Assembly (NCBI GenBank): GCA_026393115.1
Contig: JAPLAU010000029.1
Span: 16,057-80,056 of the forward strand
DNA length: 64,000 nt
Source: Actinomycetota bacterium
Lineage (GTDB): Bacteria; Actinomycetota; Actinomycetes; S36-B12; CAIYMF01
Direction: 5' to 3'
The position numbers were made by a program, and so were the translations under genes. The notes below the pieces were generated by a model, which was not told the origin of the DNA, ran no database searches, and saw nothing but the letters and a program-made list of their open reading frames with translations. Position 1 is the stretch's first letter; the number at the start of each line of letters is the position of its first letter. Positions 26,321 through 35,440 of the stretch are shown here, piece after piece.

Positions 26321-26470
26321 TTCTTCGCGGCGGTGGTGCACTCGGTTGAAGAAGCGGTGGTCAACGCACTCGTGGTGAACACCGAGATGGTCGGTCGCGA
26401 TGGGCACCGCAGTCCGGCGCTTCCGCACGATCGCGTTGTTGAAGCGATGCGCCGCGCGTACGCGACATAG
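26321..26470 (+). pseudogene. 3' remnant of a DmpA/P1 (S58) family aminopeptidase gene
   Basis: FFAAVVHSVEEAVVNALVVNTEMVGRDGHRSPALPHDRVVEAMRRAYAT* matches the typical C-terminus of this family. It starts directly after REP copy B and no upstream part is present. Confidence 0.55.
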
Positions 26471-26562
26471 TTCGCTGCGCAGATCGCGAGGGCCACTTGC
26501 CCTCACCACACTTCGACTTCTTTGGTCAAACGAATCCCCGGACGGTCATCCCTTGACAAAAG

Positions 26563-27726
26563 ATGCCGAAGGAACCGGCACGCGGTGGGAGCGAACCAGC
26601 CGCGGCCTTGGCGCTAGACTCACGGTCCATGGAAGCCACCGCGCCCGAGTCCGCCCCGGTCGAGCCCCCCGGCGCGAAGGCCAAGGTTCTGCTGCGCCGC
26701 GCCGGGATCGCCGTCGTCCTTATCGTGATTCTGCTGATACCGGCGATCGTCATGGTGGTGGCTACGGCGGTGTTCACCGGCCACGCCGAGGGCGCGGGCA
26801 CCTACGCATCCATCCCCGCGCTCGCCACGATGGCTGCCGTGGCGGCCGGGGGCCGCGATCTGGGACTGCGCGTGGCGATCGTCCTGATGCTGCTCGGGCC
26901 GCTGTCGATCGTGGCCGGGGCTAATCCCGTGTCGGGCGCGGCCCTCATGGCCCTCATGTGCCTCATGGTGGGCCTGATGTCTCGATGGGGACTGCACCGC
27001 GCGGGGCTCATGGTGCCGGTCATGGTGGCCTGGACCCTGATTTCCCCACCGCCGTGGGGTGCGAAGCCGGTCGTCGACCGCATGGACACCACCTTCCTGC
27101 TGTGGATGGCGCTGATCTTCTTCGTGGGCGGGCTCTTCCCCGTGCTGGTGCTTCCATTCGTGCTGCGCAAGGCCCACCTGCCCTCACCCAAGCCCAATCC
27201 CCGCAACGAGGCGATCGTCTACACGATCATCATCACGGTGCTGGCCGCCGGCGGCACCTATTACATGCTCGACCACCCCAAGTTGTTCGGCGGTGCGTTC
27301 TTTGTGGCCACAGTGCTGGTACTGGCACCCATCGGCGAGGCCGACATTCTCAAGCCCACCATCGTGCGCGTCGTTGCCACCGTGGCCGGCTCGGTGCTGG
27401 TGATGCTGCTCCTGGCCGCGGTGAGTTCGCTGACGGTGCTCTACCTCATCGGCCTGCTCATCGGTGCGGTGGCGATCGTCGCGAAGTTCAGCCGGCGCCC
27501 GGCGCTCTACTACATCCTCATGGTGCCCACCGCCGCCTGCCTCAACGCCCTATCGGTCCAGCAGGTCGGCCAGCTCAGCGATCAGCGCGTGATCGACAAC
27601 CTCGTGGGCGGCGTACTCGTCCTACTCGCGTCTGCCGCCGCCATCGGCTACTCGCGGTGGGAGCAGAAGCGCGGCAACTCCACCACGGACGAGCACGTCG
27701 TGGCCCGAGTACCGGCCGCCGCATAG
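26563..27726 (+). CDS. FUSC/ArAE-like integral membrane protein
   Basis: 387 aa with multiple TM helices. VRVVATVAGSVLVMLLLAAV and DNLVGGVLVLLASAAAIGYS are typical of the family. The start is uncertain. Confidence 0.45.
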   Translation: MPKEPARGGSEPAAALALDSRSMEATAPESAPVEPPGAKAKVLLRRAGIAVVLIVILLIPAIVMVVATAVFTGHAEGAGTYASIPALATMAAVAAGGRDLGLRVAIVLMLLGPLSIVAGANPVSGAALMALMCLMVGLMSRWGLHRAGLMVPVMVAWTLISPPPWGAKPVVDRMDTTFLLWMALIFFVGGLFPVLVLPFVLRKAHLPSPKPNPRNEAIVYTIIITVLAAGGTYYMLDHPKLFGGAFFVATVLVLAPIGEADILKPTIVRVVATVAGSVLVMLLLAAVSSLTVLYLIGLLIGAVAIVAKFSRRPALYYILMVPTAACLNALSVQQVGQLSDQRVIDNLVGGVLVLLASAAAIGYSRWEQKRGNSTTDEHVVARVPAAA

Positions 27727-27804
27727 GTCTCAGCGCAACCGAGACGATGGCGCGAGTGAAGGAGTTCGCCGACTACACCACGCAGTGATACCGCTTCCGC
27801 ACGC

Positions 27805-27863
27805 CGAGACCCCACTCCAGCGCTACTTCAGCCACCGCGAAACAGCACTGGAGTGGGGTCTCG
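27805..27863. repeat. 59-bp palindromic REP-like element, copy C
   Basis: CGAGACCCCACTCCAGCGCTACTTC-agccaccgcg-AAACAGCACTGGAGTGGGGTCTCG, between convergent gene ends. Confidence 0.8.
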
Positions 27864-27880
27864 ATGAAGTGCGACGTACG

Positions 27881-28723
27881 TCAGTCGGCGAGCGCGCATA
27901 CCTCGTCGATGACGACCTGCGCGTCCTCCCAAATCAGCAAGTGACCCATGCCGGGCACGCGAATCAGTTTCGAGCCCGCGATTCCCTTGTTGAGGTCGTC
28001 GGAATGAAAGGCCGGTGTGGTCTTGTCCTTGTCGCCCACGAGAACCGTGCACGGAAGCGTGATCTCGCCGAGCCGGTCGTAGCGGTTCTCCTGCACCATC
28101 GCCTTGAGCACCGGAACAGTCGGGCCAAGGTTCTGCGCACCGAAGCCCGCGCGGAACGCCACGATCATGTCGGGGTCTTTGTTGTCACCCATGAGCGATT
28201 TAGCGAAGGCCGTGCCCATTTTGTTGTTGCCGACGATCTTCGAGATGACGCCGGTCTGGATGAGGGGAATCTGCAGTCGGTTCTGCGGATTGCCGCGATT
28301 GACGTCGCCCGCAAACGTCGAGATGAGAACCACGCCCTTGAGTCGGTCGCGCACGACCTCGGGGTAGTCGACCAAGAAGCGAATGCCTAGGAAGCCGCCC
28401 ATCGAGTGGCCAACGAGCACGGCGTCGTGCACGTCGTAGTGTTCAAGGACGGCCACGTAGTCGCTGGCCATTTGCTCGGAGTCCAGACCCTTGCTGCCAA
28501 TGGTGGTCTTGCCGTGGCCGCGTTGATCGAAAGCAATGACGCGGTGTCCGCGCTCCACGAGTCCGGCGGCAACGATGTTCCATCCGTGCATGTCAAAGGC
28601 GTAGCCGTGCGCAAGCACTACGGGTGAACCGGAGCCAAGCGACACGGTATTGATGCTGGTGCCGTCAGCCGTGGTGACGGTCTCGAATTGACCGGGGATC
28701 GGCTCGGCATAAATGTTGGTCAT
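27881..28723 (-). CDS. alpha/beta-fold hydrolase
   Basis: MTNIYAEP.. with HG oxyanion motif (VVLAHGYAF) and nucleophile elbow GHSMGG. ATG at 28723; the ORF-track version (393 aa) is over-extended. Confidence 0.8.
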   Translation of the reverse strand: MTNIYAEPIPGQFETVTTADGTSINTVSLGSGSPVVLAHGYAFDMHGWNIVAAGLVERGHRVIAFDQRGHGKTTIGSKGLDSEQMASDYVAVLEHYDVHDAVLVGHSMGGFLGIRFLVDYPEVVRDRLKGVVLISTFAGDVNRGNPQNRLQIPLIQTGVISKIVGNNKMGTAFAKSLMGDNKDPDMIVAFRAGFGAQNLGPTVPVLKAMVQENRYDRLGEITLPCTVLVGDKDKTTPAFHSDDLNKGIAGSKLIRVPGMGHLLIWEDAQVVIDEVCALAD

Positions 28724-28794
28724 GGCGACACGGTAGGTCGTGGCTAAGGAAAATGTCGCCGAAACGATGGATTGCGTGGCAAGCGCGCGAAGCC

Positions 28795-29232
28795 TTAGTG
28801 AAGCTGTTGCAGCAATTCGACTCGCAGGCCGGGGTACCGAGAGAAGCCGCGATCGAAAGTCGCGAGCGTGCTGCGCGACGTGATCGCTGAGGCGGCAAGG
28901 AGGGCATCGGGCATCGATCGCGAGGTGAGTGACAGCGTGCGCGCAAACTCGGCCAGGACAGTCCACGTGATTGGCGGGTGCGCGACCACCTCTGCTCCGG
29001 CAGCATTCAGCCAGTCGCTCATGAGTCTGCCCGCAGACTCGCTGGTCTCCGGCTCCAACCACACGTCGAGGGTCAGCACCCGCAGCGCGGAGGCCATGAC
29101 GTCGACCGGAACGGCGAAGGCGGAACCCGACTCGCGAGCTTCGCGCAGAAAGGCGAGCGCCGGTTGGTGGTGCGGATGATCAGAGCGCAACGACGCCACA
29201 ATCACGTTGACGTCAGGAAGGTAGACGGTCAA
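28795..29232 (-). CDS. vapC: PIN-domain toxin VapC (module 4)
   Basis: MTVYLPDVNVIVA.. ..LATFDRGFSRYPGL. 4-bp overlap with the antitoxin. Confidence 0.8.
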   Translation of the reverse strand: MTVYLPDVNVIVASLRSDHPHHQPALAFLREARESGSAFAVPVDVMASALRVLTLDVWLEPETSESAGRLMSDWLNAAGAEVVAHPPITWTVLAEFARTLSLTSRSMPDALLAASAITSRSTLATFDRGFSRYPGLRVELLQQLH

Positions 29233-29492
29233 CGGCGACTGCCCACATCGGCTCGCCGATCGTCATCACCGTAGAGCAGTTCGAACCACTGATTCGGATC
29301 GTCAAGGTCTACTCCCGCGCGCACCCCGCTCGATCGCGACGACACCGGAAAATCCGGCCGCGCAATGTCAGCTGACCGGAGCGAAGCCCGCAACGCGTCT
29401 TCGATCACGCTGGTGATCGACGATCCCCTCCTCGCCGCCTCAACTTTGATGTCGCGGTAGAGGTTGTCGTCGATATTGAGGGTCGTCCGCAT
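29229..29492 (-). CDS. vapB: VapB-type antitoxin (MRTTLxIDD class)
   Basis: MRTTLNIDDNLYRDIKVEAARRGSSITSVIEDALR. Confidence 0.8.
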   Translation of the reverse strand: MRTTLNIDDNLYRDIKVEAARRGSSITSVIEDALRASLRSADIARPDFPVSSRSSGVRAGVDLDDPNQWFELLYGDDDRRADVGSRR

Positions 29493-29558
29493 GGCCAGCA
29501 GATTAGCAGATGCCTCAGCATATTTCTGCGAACAGCGTGCCCATCCGCCTGAACCGAC

Positions 29559-30719
29559 CTACTCGAACTGACGAGCCACTGCGCGCAAGAACTCAGTGGT
29601 CTCTTCTTCGCGGTTCTCTGGCTCATCCTCAGTCAGGCCGAAAGTTCGGTTCGATGAAAGCTTCACGATGGTGACCCCTGCGGTGGGGTCGACATACACG
29701 AACTGGTTGTACACACCCACGGCATCGAACTCGCCGCGGTCGCCCGGTGGCAGCCACCACTGGTAGCCGTAACCCTCGAACGTCGTGTGCCCACCGACCA
29801 CAACCACCCCCGACTGCAGGTGCGGTGCCGACGCTGTAAGGGATGCAGTGACCCACTCTTCGGCGACCACCTGCTGATCGCCGACCCGTCCGCCATTGCG
29901 ATAGAGCTCACCGATGCGCGCGTAATCGCGTGCCGTGAGCGCCAGTCCGCCGAAGCCGAGTTCAACACCGTGCGGGTCAACAAGCCAGGCACCGGGATCG
30001 GTGAAGCCCAACGGCTCCACCAGTCGCGACTGCATGAAGTCGGCCAGGTTCTCACCTGTGGCACTACGCAGCAGTGAAGTGAGCGCTTGCGTGTCAGCAG
30101 AGTTGTAGCGGCACAGCGTGTCGGGCGGCACGTCGCACGACATCGTGGCAACGAAGTCGTCGAGACCGCCATTCGCTCCTGCCGCTGCCGCACCCAATCG
30201 AACGATGTCGGACTCAGGATCGCTGTAATCCTCATGCCACCTCGCCCCCGATGACATCTGCAGAACACTGCGAATCGACACTCCGTCGTAGGCCGAACCG
30301 GCCTCGACGCGCACGTAGTCACTGATGGGTTCCTCGATGCTCGCGATGAGTCCTTCCTGCAATGCGATACCGACGAGCGCCGACGTGAAGCTTTTCGCCA
30401 CCGACATCGAAATCCACCGCACATCCGGTCCGCCCGTGAGGAAGTACGACTCGTGCCGCACGACGCCGTCCTTCAACACAAGCAACGCCGCAGTGTCGGT
30501 CTCGCTTAGGAACTGCGCGGTGTCACTCTGCGCTCCGTTGAAGCCGAAGGTCTCATCCAATGCCACGTCGTTGCCACCGGGCCACGGTCTCGGCGTCGAC
30601 GACGGCGCCATCGCGCGACTCGAGACGATTTCGTCGATACGACAAAAGTTCTCGTGTTGCGGGATGCCGGTGAACAGGCCGATTTCAAAAAATGCTTGTG
30701 GGCCGGGAGTGAAGGTCAT
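29559..30719 (-). CDS. serine hydrolase of the beta-lactamase/PBP family
   Basis: SxxK motif in WISMSVAKSFTSALVGIAL. 386 aa. Confidence 0.75.
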   Translation of the reverse strand: MTFTPGPQAFFEIGLFTGIPQHENFCRIDEIVSSRAMAPSSTPRPWPGGNDVALDETFGFNGAQSDTAQFLSETDTAALLVLKDGVVRHESYFLTGGPDVRWISMSVAKSFTSALVGIALQEGLIASIEEPISDYVRVEAGSAYDGVSIRSVLQMSSGARWHEDYSDPESDIVRLGAAAAGANGGLDDFVATMSCDVPPDTLCRYNSADTQALTSLLRSATGENLADFMQSRLVEPLGFTDPGAWLVDPHGVELGFGGLALTARDYARIGELYRNGGRVGDQQVVAEEWVTASLTASAPHLQSGVVVVGGHTTFEGYGYQWWLPPGDRGEFDAVGVYNQFVYVDPTAGVTIVKLSSNRTFGLTEDEPENREEETTEFLRAVARQFE

Positions 30720-31025
30720 GGCCGAAACCTATCGGGCGCAGGCCTCAGGCGGCGGCAACTTCCGCGGGCGCGAACGAGACGAATTCCTCAGAACTACAGA
30801 TTTCAGAATCTGCAGCTGAATTCGGATTCCGTTCGGTCATGGCACAAGTAACCATTCGAGGGAGCTGCACGCGGAGCCTGGGGCGGCCCGCGTTCTGAAA
30901 GCCGCCGCCGACGGTGTGTTTCACCCCGTCACCGGAGATGCGGGCCCTGATCACCAACGACCGCCGCGTCAATCCAGCACTTGGTGTCGAGGTAATTCCG
31001 TTGCGCTCACTCGTTGACTGAGTGG

Positions 31026-31367
31026 TCAAACCCGCTCGAACTTTTGAATCGACCATCCCTTGGCCAACTCGTCGACCACTTTGTCGAGATAGCGGATCTT
31101 GCGCATGAGCGGATCATCAACGTTCTCAACGCGCACTCCGCACACTACGCCCGTGATCAACGAGGCGCTCGGGTTCATCGGCGCTGCGGCGAAGAACTCT
31201 TCGAACGTTGTACTCGCATCGAGGTAGGCCTTGAACTGTTTCTCGTCGAAGCCAGTGAGCCAGCAGATCACTTCGTCGAGCTCGGCAACCGTTCGTCCCT
31301 TCTTCTCCACCTTCGCCACATAGTGCGGATAGACCGATGCGACGGGCGTGGTGAAGATGCGGCTCAC
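31026..31367 (-). CDS. DUF2200 family protein
   Basis: [61 protein letters not shown] matches my memory of DUF2200 proteins. Confidence 0.7.
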   Translation of the reverse strand: MSRIFTTPVASVYPHYVAKVEKKGRTVAELDEVICWLTGFDEKQFKAYLDASTTFEEFFAAAPMNPSASLITGVVCGVRVENVDDPLMRKIRYLDKVVDELAKGWSIQKFERV

Positions 31368-31423
31368 ACTCCGAGGGTATCCAACGATTGAGCAGTATCT
31401 GGCTCGCCATTGCGCACGTTGTT

Positions 31424-31858
31424 CTACTCCGTGTCGGCGGGATTAAGCCAGTGCAGCCCACGGAAGCGCGCGAATCCGCGGTCATAACTCACCCACGTTG
31501 CTCCGTACTCAAGAGCAACCGCAGCCAGGTAGGCGTCAGTGACATCGGGGCCACGAAGCCCGTGTTCGCGCACAAGGTCGCGGAAGATCGCCCAATGGCG
31601 CACCCCCGGCTCGACGATGACCACCGATGGCGAAGCGGTGAGCGACTCAACGAAGGCGATGGCCTCATCAGGACTCTTCGGCGGATCGAACACGCGACGA
31701 TCGGTAGACACGCGCAAGAACCCACTGACCACTAACGAAGGGACCGTCACCTGCTCGCCTGAACGACGCAAGCTCAAGAGCAGCGCACGTGACTGCACGT
31801 GAAGCGCAGAGCCTGAGAACGATGCGTGCAACAAGACGTTGACATCAACGCAGTGCAT
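31424..31858 (-). CDS. vapC: PIN-domain toxin VapC (module 5)
   Basis: [13 protein letters not shown].. ..[15 protein letters not shown] prefer the ATG at 31858. Confidence 0.8.
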   Translation of the reverse strand: MHCVDVNVLLHASFSGSALHVQSRALLLSLRRSGEQVTVPSLVVSGFLRVSTDRRVFDPPKSPDEAIAFVESLTASPSVVIVEPGVRHWAIFRDLVREHGLRGPDVTDAYLAAVALEYGATWVSYDRGFARFRGLHWLNPADTE

Positions 31859-32102
31859 CCGGTGCCCTGCTCTCATCGAGCATGTCAACTAATGCCGACG
31901 CGTCGTTGATGTCGACCCCCTGGCGAATCGATCCAGGGGTAACAGGCAAGTCAGGTAAGTCAATCTCCGCAACTTCGGCGCCTCTGGCCAAGTAGCTCGC
32001 CAGTGCATCCTCGATTATCGAGCCCACGGAGGTTCCCCGACGAGCCGCCGCGACCTTCGCCTCTTCGTAGAGAGAGTCGCGCAAAGTGACAGTAGTGCGC
32101 AT
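31845..32102 (-). CDS. vapB: VapB-type antitoxin (MRTTxTL class)
   Basis: MRTTVTLRDSLYEEAKVAAARRGTSVGSIIEDALASYL, a paralog of 29229..29492. Confidence 0.8.
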   Translation of the reverse strand: MRTTVTLRDSLYEEAKVAAARRGTSVGSIIEDALASYLARGAEVAEIDLPDLPVTPGSIRQGVDINDASALVDMLDESRAPDALR

Positions 32103-32146
32103 GACTGCACTTTAGCATCAGGATACTGCATCAAGATGCATACGCG

Positions 32147-33301
32147 TTACCGCTTGATGCGCACTACCTGCCCTTGACCAGCCAGGGTGCTGTCGGTGTG
32201 AGTCGACACGTAAATCTCATTACCGTCACCATCGACAGCAATGCCGTTGGGCTGCACAAGTAGTGGGTTGGTCAGGATCGTGCGCGGACCCGAGGGATTG
32301 CCGAACGACGCAATCTGCACATCATCGGTGAACATCTCGGCCGCATAGAAGTGACCCTTGCCGTCGAAGGCGCAGCCAGTGATAGTGCTGAATCCGGTAG
32401 CCCACACAGTGGCGACATTGAGCACGGTCGCCAGACTTGAAGGATCAGTGGCCTTCGGATCTACTCGGTACACGACCGACTCGCCCGGACCGTTCGCGAA
32501 GTACTCCGAAAGCGAGAGAGTTCCGATGTAGAGAGCACCGTCGGGTCCGGCTGCGACGCAAGTCGGAACGACATCGCTCAGAGATGTGTTCGGCAGGAAT
32601 GCAAGTACCTGCACGGTGCCATCGCGCTTGACCTCATCAAGAGTATTCGCGCCTGCATCGATGACGTACGTGTGGCCATTGGTAACGAGAACGCCGTAGG
32701 GGTTGGCGTCTGGGAATTGACCACCGGGGTCTTGAGCAGGATGGCTTCCGGTCCAGGCATAGTCGAATCCACCGACGTCGGCGAGATTACGCACGCGGGA
32801 ATGGCGATCGTTGGCCTTGACCGAGATCAGGTAGCCAAGGTTGGTACTGCCAACCGGATCGGCATGCTCGGACATGATGCCGTACACCGTGCTTTGGTCT
32901 CCATGGTTCGCCACCGCAACGCCGTCGATACCAGTGGCCTCAAGTCCGTTACCCGGGTTGTCGGCGGTCGACCACAGACCGGAGACCAGCACACTCTGCC
33001 GAGGCTTCTTACCGTCTGCCGAAGCAATCCGCGTGATTGCACCTGTGGTCCCTTCGCCCGCCAACACGCCAGCGCTTGAATTGCCCGTACCAAGTCCGGC
33101 TTCGGCCACGTAGAGGGTGTCATTTTCGGCAAGTGCAAGTCCGCGCGGATTGTTCAGGCCCGTGGCAATCACGTCGTATCGGGGCGATGGCGACGGCGTC
33201 ACTGGGCGAGCGTTCGCCGCTGCGGGTACGGCCGCGACGCACGCAGCGCAGATCACAGCAATCGGAACTAGCAGGCGTGCGGGGCGAGATGAGCGGGCCA
33301 T
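32147..33301 (-). CDS. secreted ScyD/ScyE-family beta-propeller protein
   Basis: Signal peptide MARSSRPARLLVPIAVICAACVAAVPAAANA. The motif GLNNPRGLALAENDTLYVAEAGLGTGN is present. GGAGGAG precedes the ATG at 33301. Confidence 0.6.
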   Translation of the reverse strand: MARSSRPARLLVPIAVICAACVAAVPAAANARPVTPSPSPRYDVIATGLNNPRGLALAENDTLYVAEAGLGTGNSSAGVLAGEGTTGAITRIASADGKKPRQSVLVSGLWSTADNPGNGLEATGIDGVAVANHGDQSTVYGIMSEHADPVGSTNLGYLISVKANDRHSRVRNLADVGGFDYAWTGSHPAQDPGGQFPDANPYGVLVTNGHTYVIDAGANTLDEVKRDGTVQVLAFLPNTSLSDVVPTCVAAGPDGALYIGTLSLSEYFANGPGESVVYRVDPKATDPSSLATVLNVATVWATGFSTITGCAFDGKGHFYAAEMFTDDVQIASFGNPSGPRTILTNPLLVQPNGIAVDGDGNEIYVSTHTDSTLAGQGQVVRIKR

Positions 33302-33470
33302 GAGCTCCTCCAACGATGTCAGTTGCCTCACCTTGACTGGCTAGATCACCTCTGCGCCACCGTGGAAGCACGGTGATGAGTGACGAGTGCGCGCAACATG
33401 GTTCCTGACCCGACAGCCGGCGGACTGTGGCACAGTAGGCCAGCCCGCTGACTCACTGGAAAAGGTCACC

Positions 33471-34310
33471 ATGCCGCTCGTCGTGCTCGTCGCACCGCCG
33501 CGTTCAGGCGCGACCTTACTGTCACTTGCACTCACACAGGGTGAAGGCTGGGCGGCGTCGAGCTCAAGCCTGAGCGCCGCCGTCGACTCGATAGCTGGCT
33601 TCAGAACGACAGACCGCGGCTTGGCATCCGATCGGCTGACTGCAGCTGACGCCACCCCCGAACTGACTGCGGCACTGCAGGCAGCCGCACCGCCCAGCGA
33701 CGAGGTGTTCGTCGAGTGGTCGGCGCGCTCCTCAATGCAGGTGGGCCTGATTGCGCAGGCACTGCCCGACGCCAAATTTGTCTTCCTCACGCGTCGTCCA
33801 CTGATGACCGTGTCGTCATCGATGGTCGCGTGGTCGAGCGGCCGATTTGTGTCGCAACCGGATCTGCCCGACTGGTGGGGTGACCGCTGGTCATTCCCGC
33901 TCATCGATGGGTGGCGTGAGTTGATCGGTGCACCACTGGCGCAGGTGTGCGCGACCCAGTGGAACACCATCACCAATGCAATTCTCGACGACCTCGCTGA
34001 ACTACCGCCTGATCGCTGGACCGTCTCCTGCTTCGAGTCACTGGTGGAAGACCCCGCCGCGGAGGTCACGCGCATCGCGCACGATCTCGGGCTGGCGTGG
34101 AGCGGGCAGATGCTCGACCCGCTTCCACCGACGCTCACGTGTGTCACACCGCCCGAATCTCGAGCATGGCGCGGTAATGCCAGTGAGGCGATGACCGCAC
34201 TGGAACCACGCGAGACCACCGTCATGCGCATGTTGAGCGCCGCGCAGGAGCGAGTTCCCGGGTTCACGGGTGCGGGTTCCCGACCCTCCCCGGAAGCACC
34301 TCACCCCTGA
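33471..34310 (+). CDS. sulfotransferase family protein
   Basis: MPLVVLVAPPRSGATLL is a 5'-PSB-like P-loop. The ATG at 33471 is preceded by GGAAAAGG. The antisense 308-aa ORF is Ser/Arg-rich shadow. Confidence 0.6.
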   Translation: MPLVVLVAPPRSGATLLSLALTQGEGWAASSSSLSAAVDSIAGFRTTDRGLASDRLTAADATPELTAALQAAAPPSDEVFVEWSARSSMQVGLIAQALPDAKFVFLTRRPLMTVSSSMVAWSSGRFVSQPDLPDWWGDRWSFPLIDGWRELIGAPLAQVCATQWNTITNAILDDLAELPPDRWTVSCFESLVEDPAAEVTRIAHDLGLAWSGQMLDPLPPTLTCVTPPESRAWRGNASEAMTALEPRETTVMRMLSAAQERVPGFTGAGSRPSPEAPHP

Positions 34311-34482
34311 CCAAGGGCTCCATCCGGTACAAGACCGAAACCAGCTACAGCGTCCCGTTGTAAGTCTGGCGTGCCGCACGCCTCACCCAACAAGGGCCGC
34401 AACTCAACTTTGAGGTTGCACGCCTTAGAACCTTCGGTGGACAGTGGTATCAGAAACGGTATCACCGTGGCATACTGGACGC

Positions 34483-34686
34483 ATGGCCATGACTCTCAGA
34501 CTCTCCGACCAAGATTCCGCCGCGCTTAGTCGGCAGGCTGAGCAGGAGGGCCGTTCCCAGGCAGAGATCATCACTCAGGCTGTGCGCGAGTACGTCGAGC
34601 GTGCGAGTCGCCGCGAACTCCTCGATTCCGTACTCAACGACGAGTTACCTCGCTACGCCGAAGCCCTCGAACGCCTCGGGCAATGA
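34483..34686 (+). CDS. RHH antitoxin (Phd-like partner of Doc)
   Basis: MAMTLRLSDQDSAALSRQAEQEGRSQAEIITQAVREYV. 4-bp overlap with doc. Confidence 0.75.
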   Translation: MAMTLRLSDQDSAALSRQAEQEGRSQAEIITQAVREYVERASRRELLDSVLNDELPRYAEALERLGQ

Positions 34687-35060
34687 TCTACCTCACCCTA
34701 GAAGAACTGCTGTACGTCGCCGAGCGCGCAATCGGCGCGCCAGTCGAACTGCGCGACGCCGGGCTGCTCGAGGCCGCGGCCGCCCGCCCACGTGCGAGTG
34801 CGTTCGGAGCCGACGCCTACCCCGACTTACACGCCAAAACGGCAGCCCTGCTTCTTTCGATCTGCCTCAATCACGCACTCATCGACGGCAACAAGCGACT
34901 GGCGCTTGCGGGAGCAATTGCCATGATCGGAGTGAACGGATGGCATTTGACTCTCACCAACAACGAGGCCTACGAGTTGGTCTTGTCGGTAGCGACGGGC
35001 GCGATGTCGACCGTCGACGAGGTGGCCGATGTTCTTCGCAGAGGATCGCAGCACAGATGA
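34683..35060 (+). CDS. doc: Fic/Doc family toxin
   Basis: Fic motif HALIDGNKRLA. 125 aa. Confidence 0.85.
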   Translation: MIYLTLEELLYVAERAIGAPVELRDAGLLEAAAARPRASAFGADAYPDLHAKTAALLLSICLNHALIDGNKRLALAGAIAMIGVNGWHLTLTNNEAYELVLSVATGAMSTVDEVADVLRRGSQHR

Positions 35061-35122
35061 AGGACCAGCTCGCGTGCGATCTCTGATACAAATGACCACA
35101 CCCACGACGCTAGGAGCCTGAC

Positions 35123-35407
35123 GTGCCGTTCCTCATGACCCACTTCTATCCAGGTGGCACGGCCGAGCAGTACGCGGTTGTTCTCAATGCAGTGCACCCC
35201 GATGGCGCGCTTCCTGCTGGCCAGCTCTCGAGCGCTGCCGGACCGTGCGACGGCGGCTGGGTCATCAGTGCAATCTGGGAATCGCGCACCGCATTCGAAA
35301 CGTTCGTGGTCGAGCGACTCATGCCCGCGTTGAACGGAGTCGAGGGCGGTTTCACTACTGCCCCGGACGAACACCTCGCAGAACTCTCGCTCTACCAAAC
35401 GGCCTAG
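35123..35407 (+). CDS. small hypothetical protein (possibly a dimeric alpha+beta barrel fold)
   Basis: 94-aa ORF with normal composition. I recognised no motif. Confidence 0.4.
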   Translation: MPFLMTHFYPGGTAEQYAVVLNAVHPDGALPAGQLSSAAGPCDGGWVISAIWESRTAFETFVVERLMPALNGVEGGFTTAPDEHLAELSLYQTA

Positions 35408-35440
35408 CAGCACAGACGCTGCGCCTCTAGGGAGACACCA

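Noticed and set aside
33341..34267. 308-aa minus-strand ORF opposite the sulfotransferase
   Set aside because: It is a Ser/Arg/Ala-rich shadow frame with no motifs. The plus-strand frame carries the PRSGAT P-loop and a sensible start context.
34446..34464. Direct repeat GGTATCA-N5-GGTATCA upstream of the Phd-like antitoxin as an operator
   Set aside because: It is too short and unsupported to call. It may be the Phd/Doc operator, but I could not find a second supporting feature.
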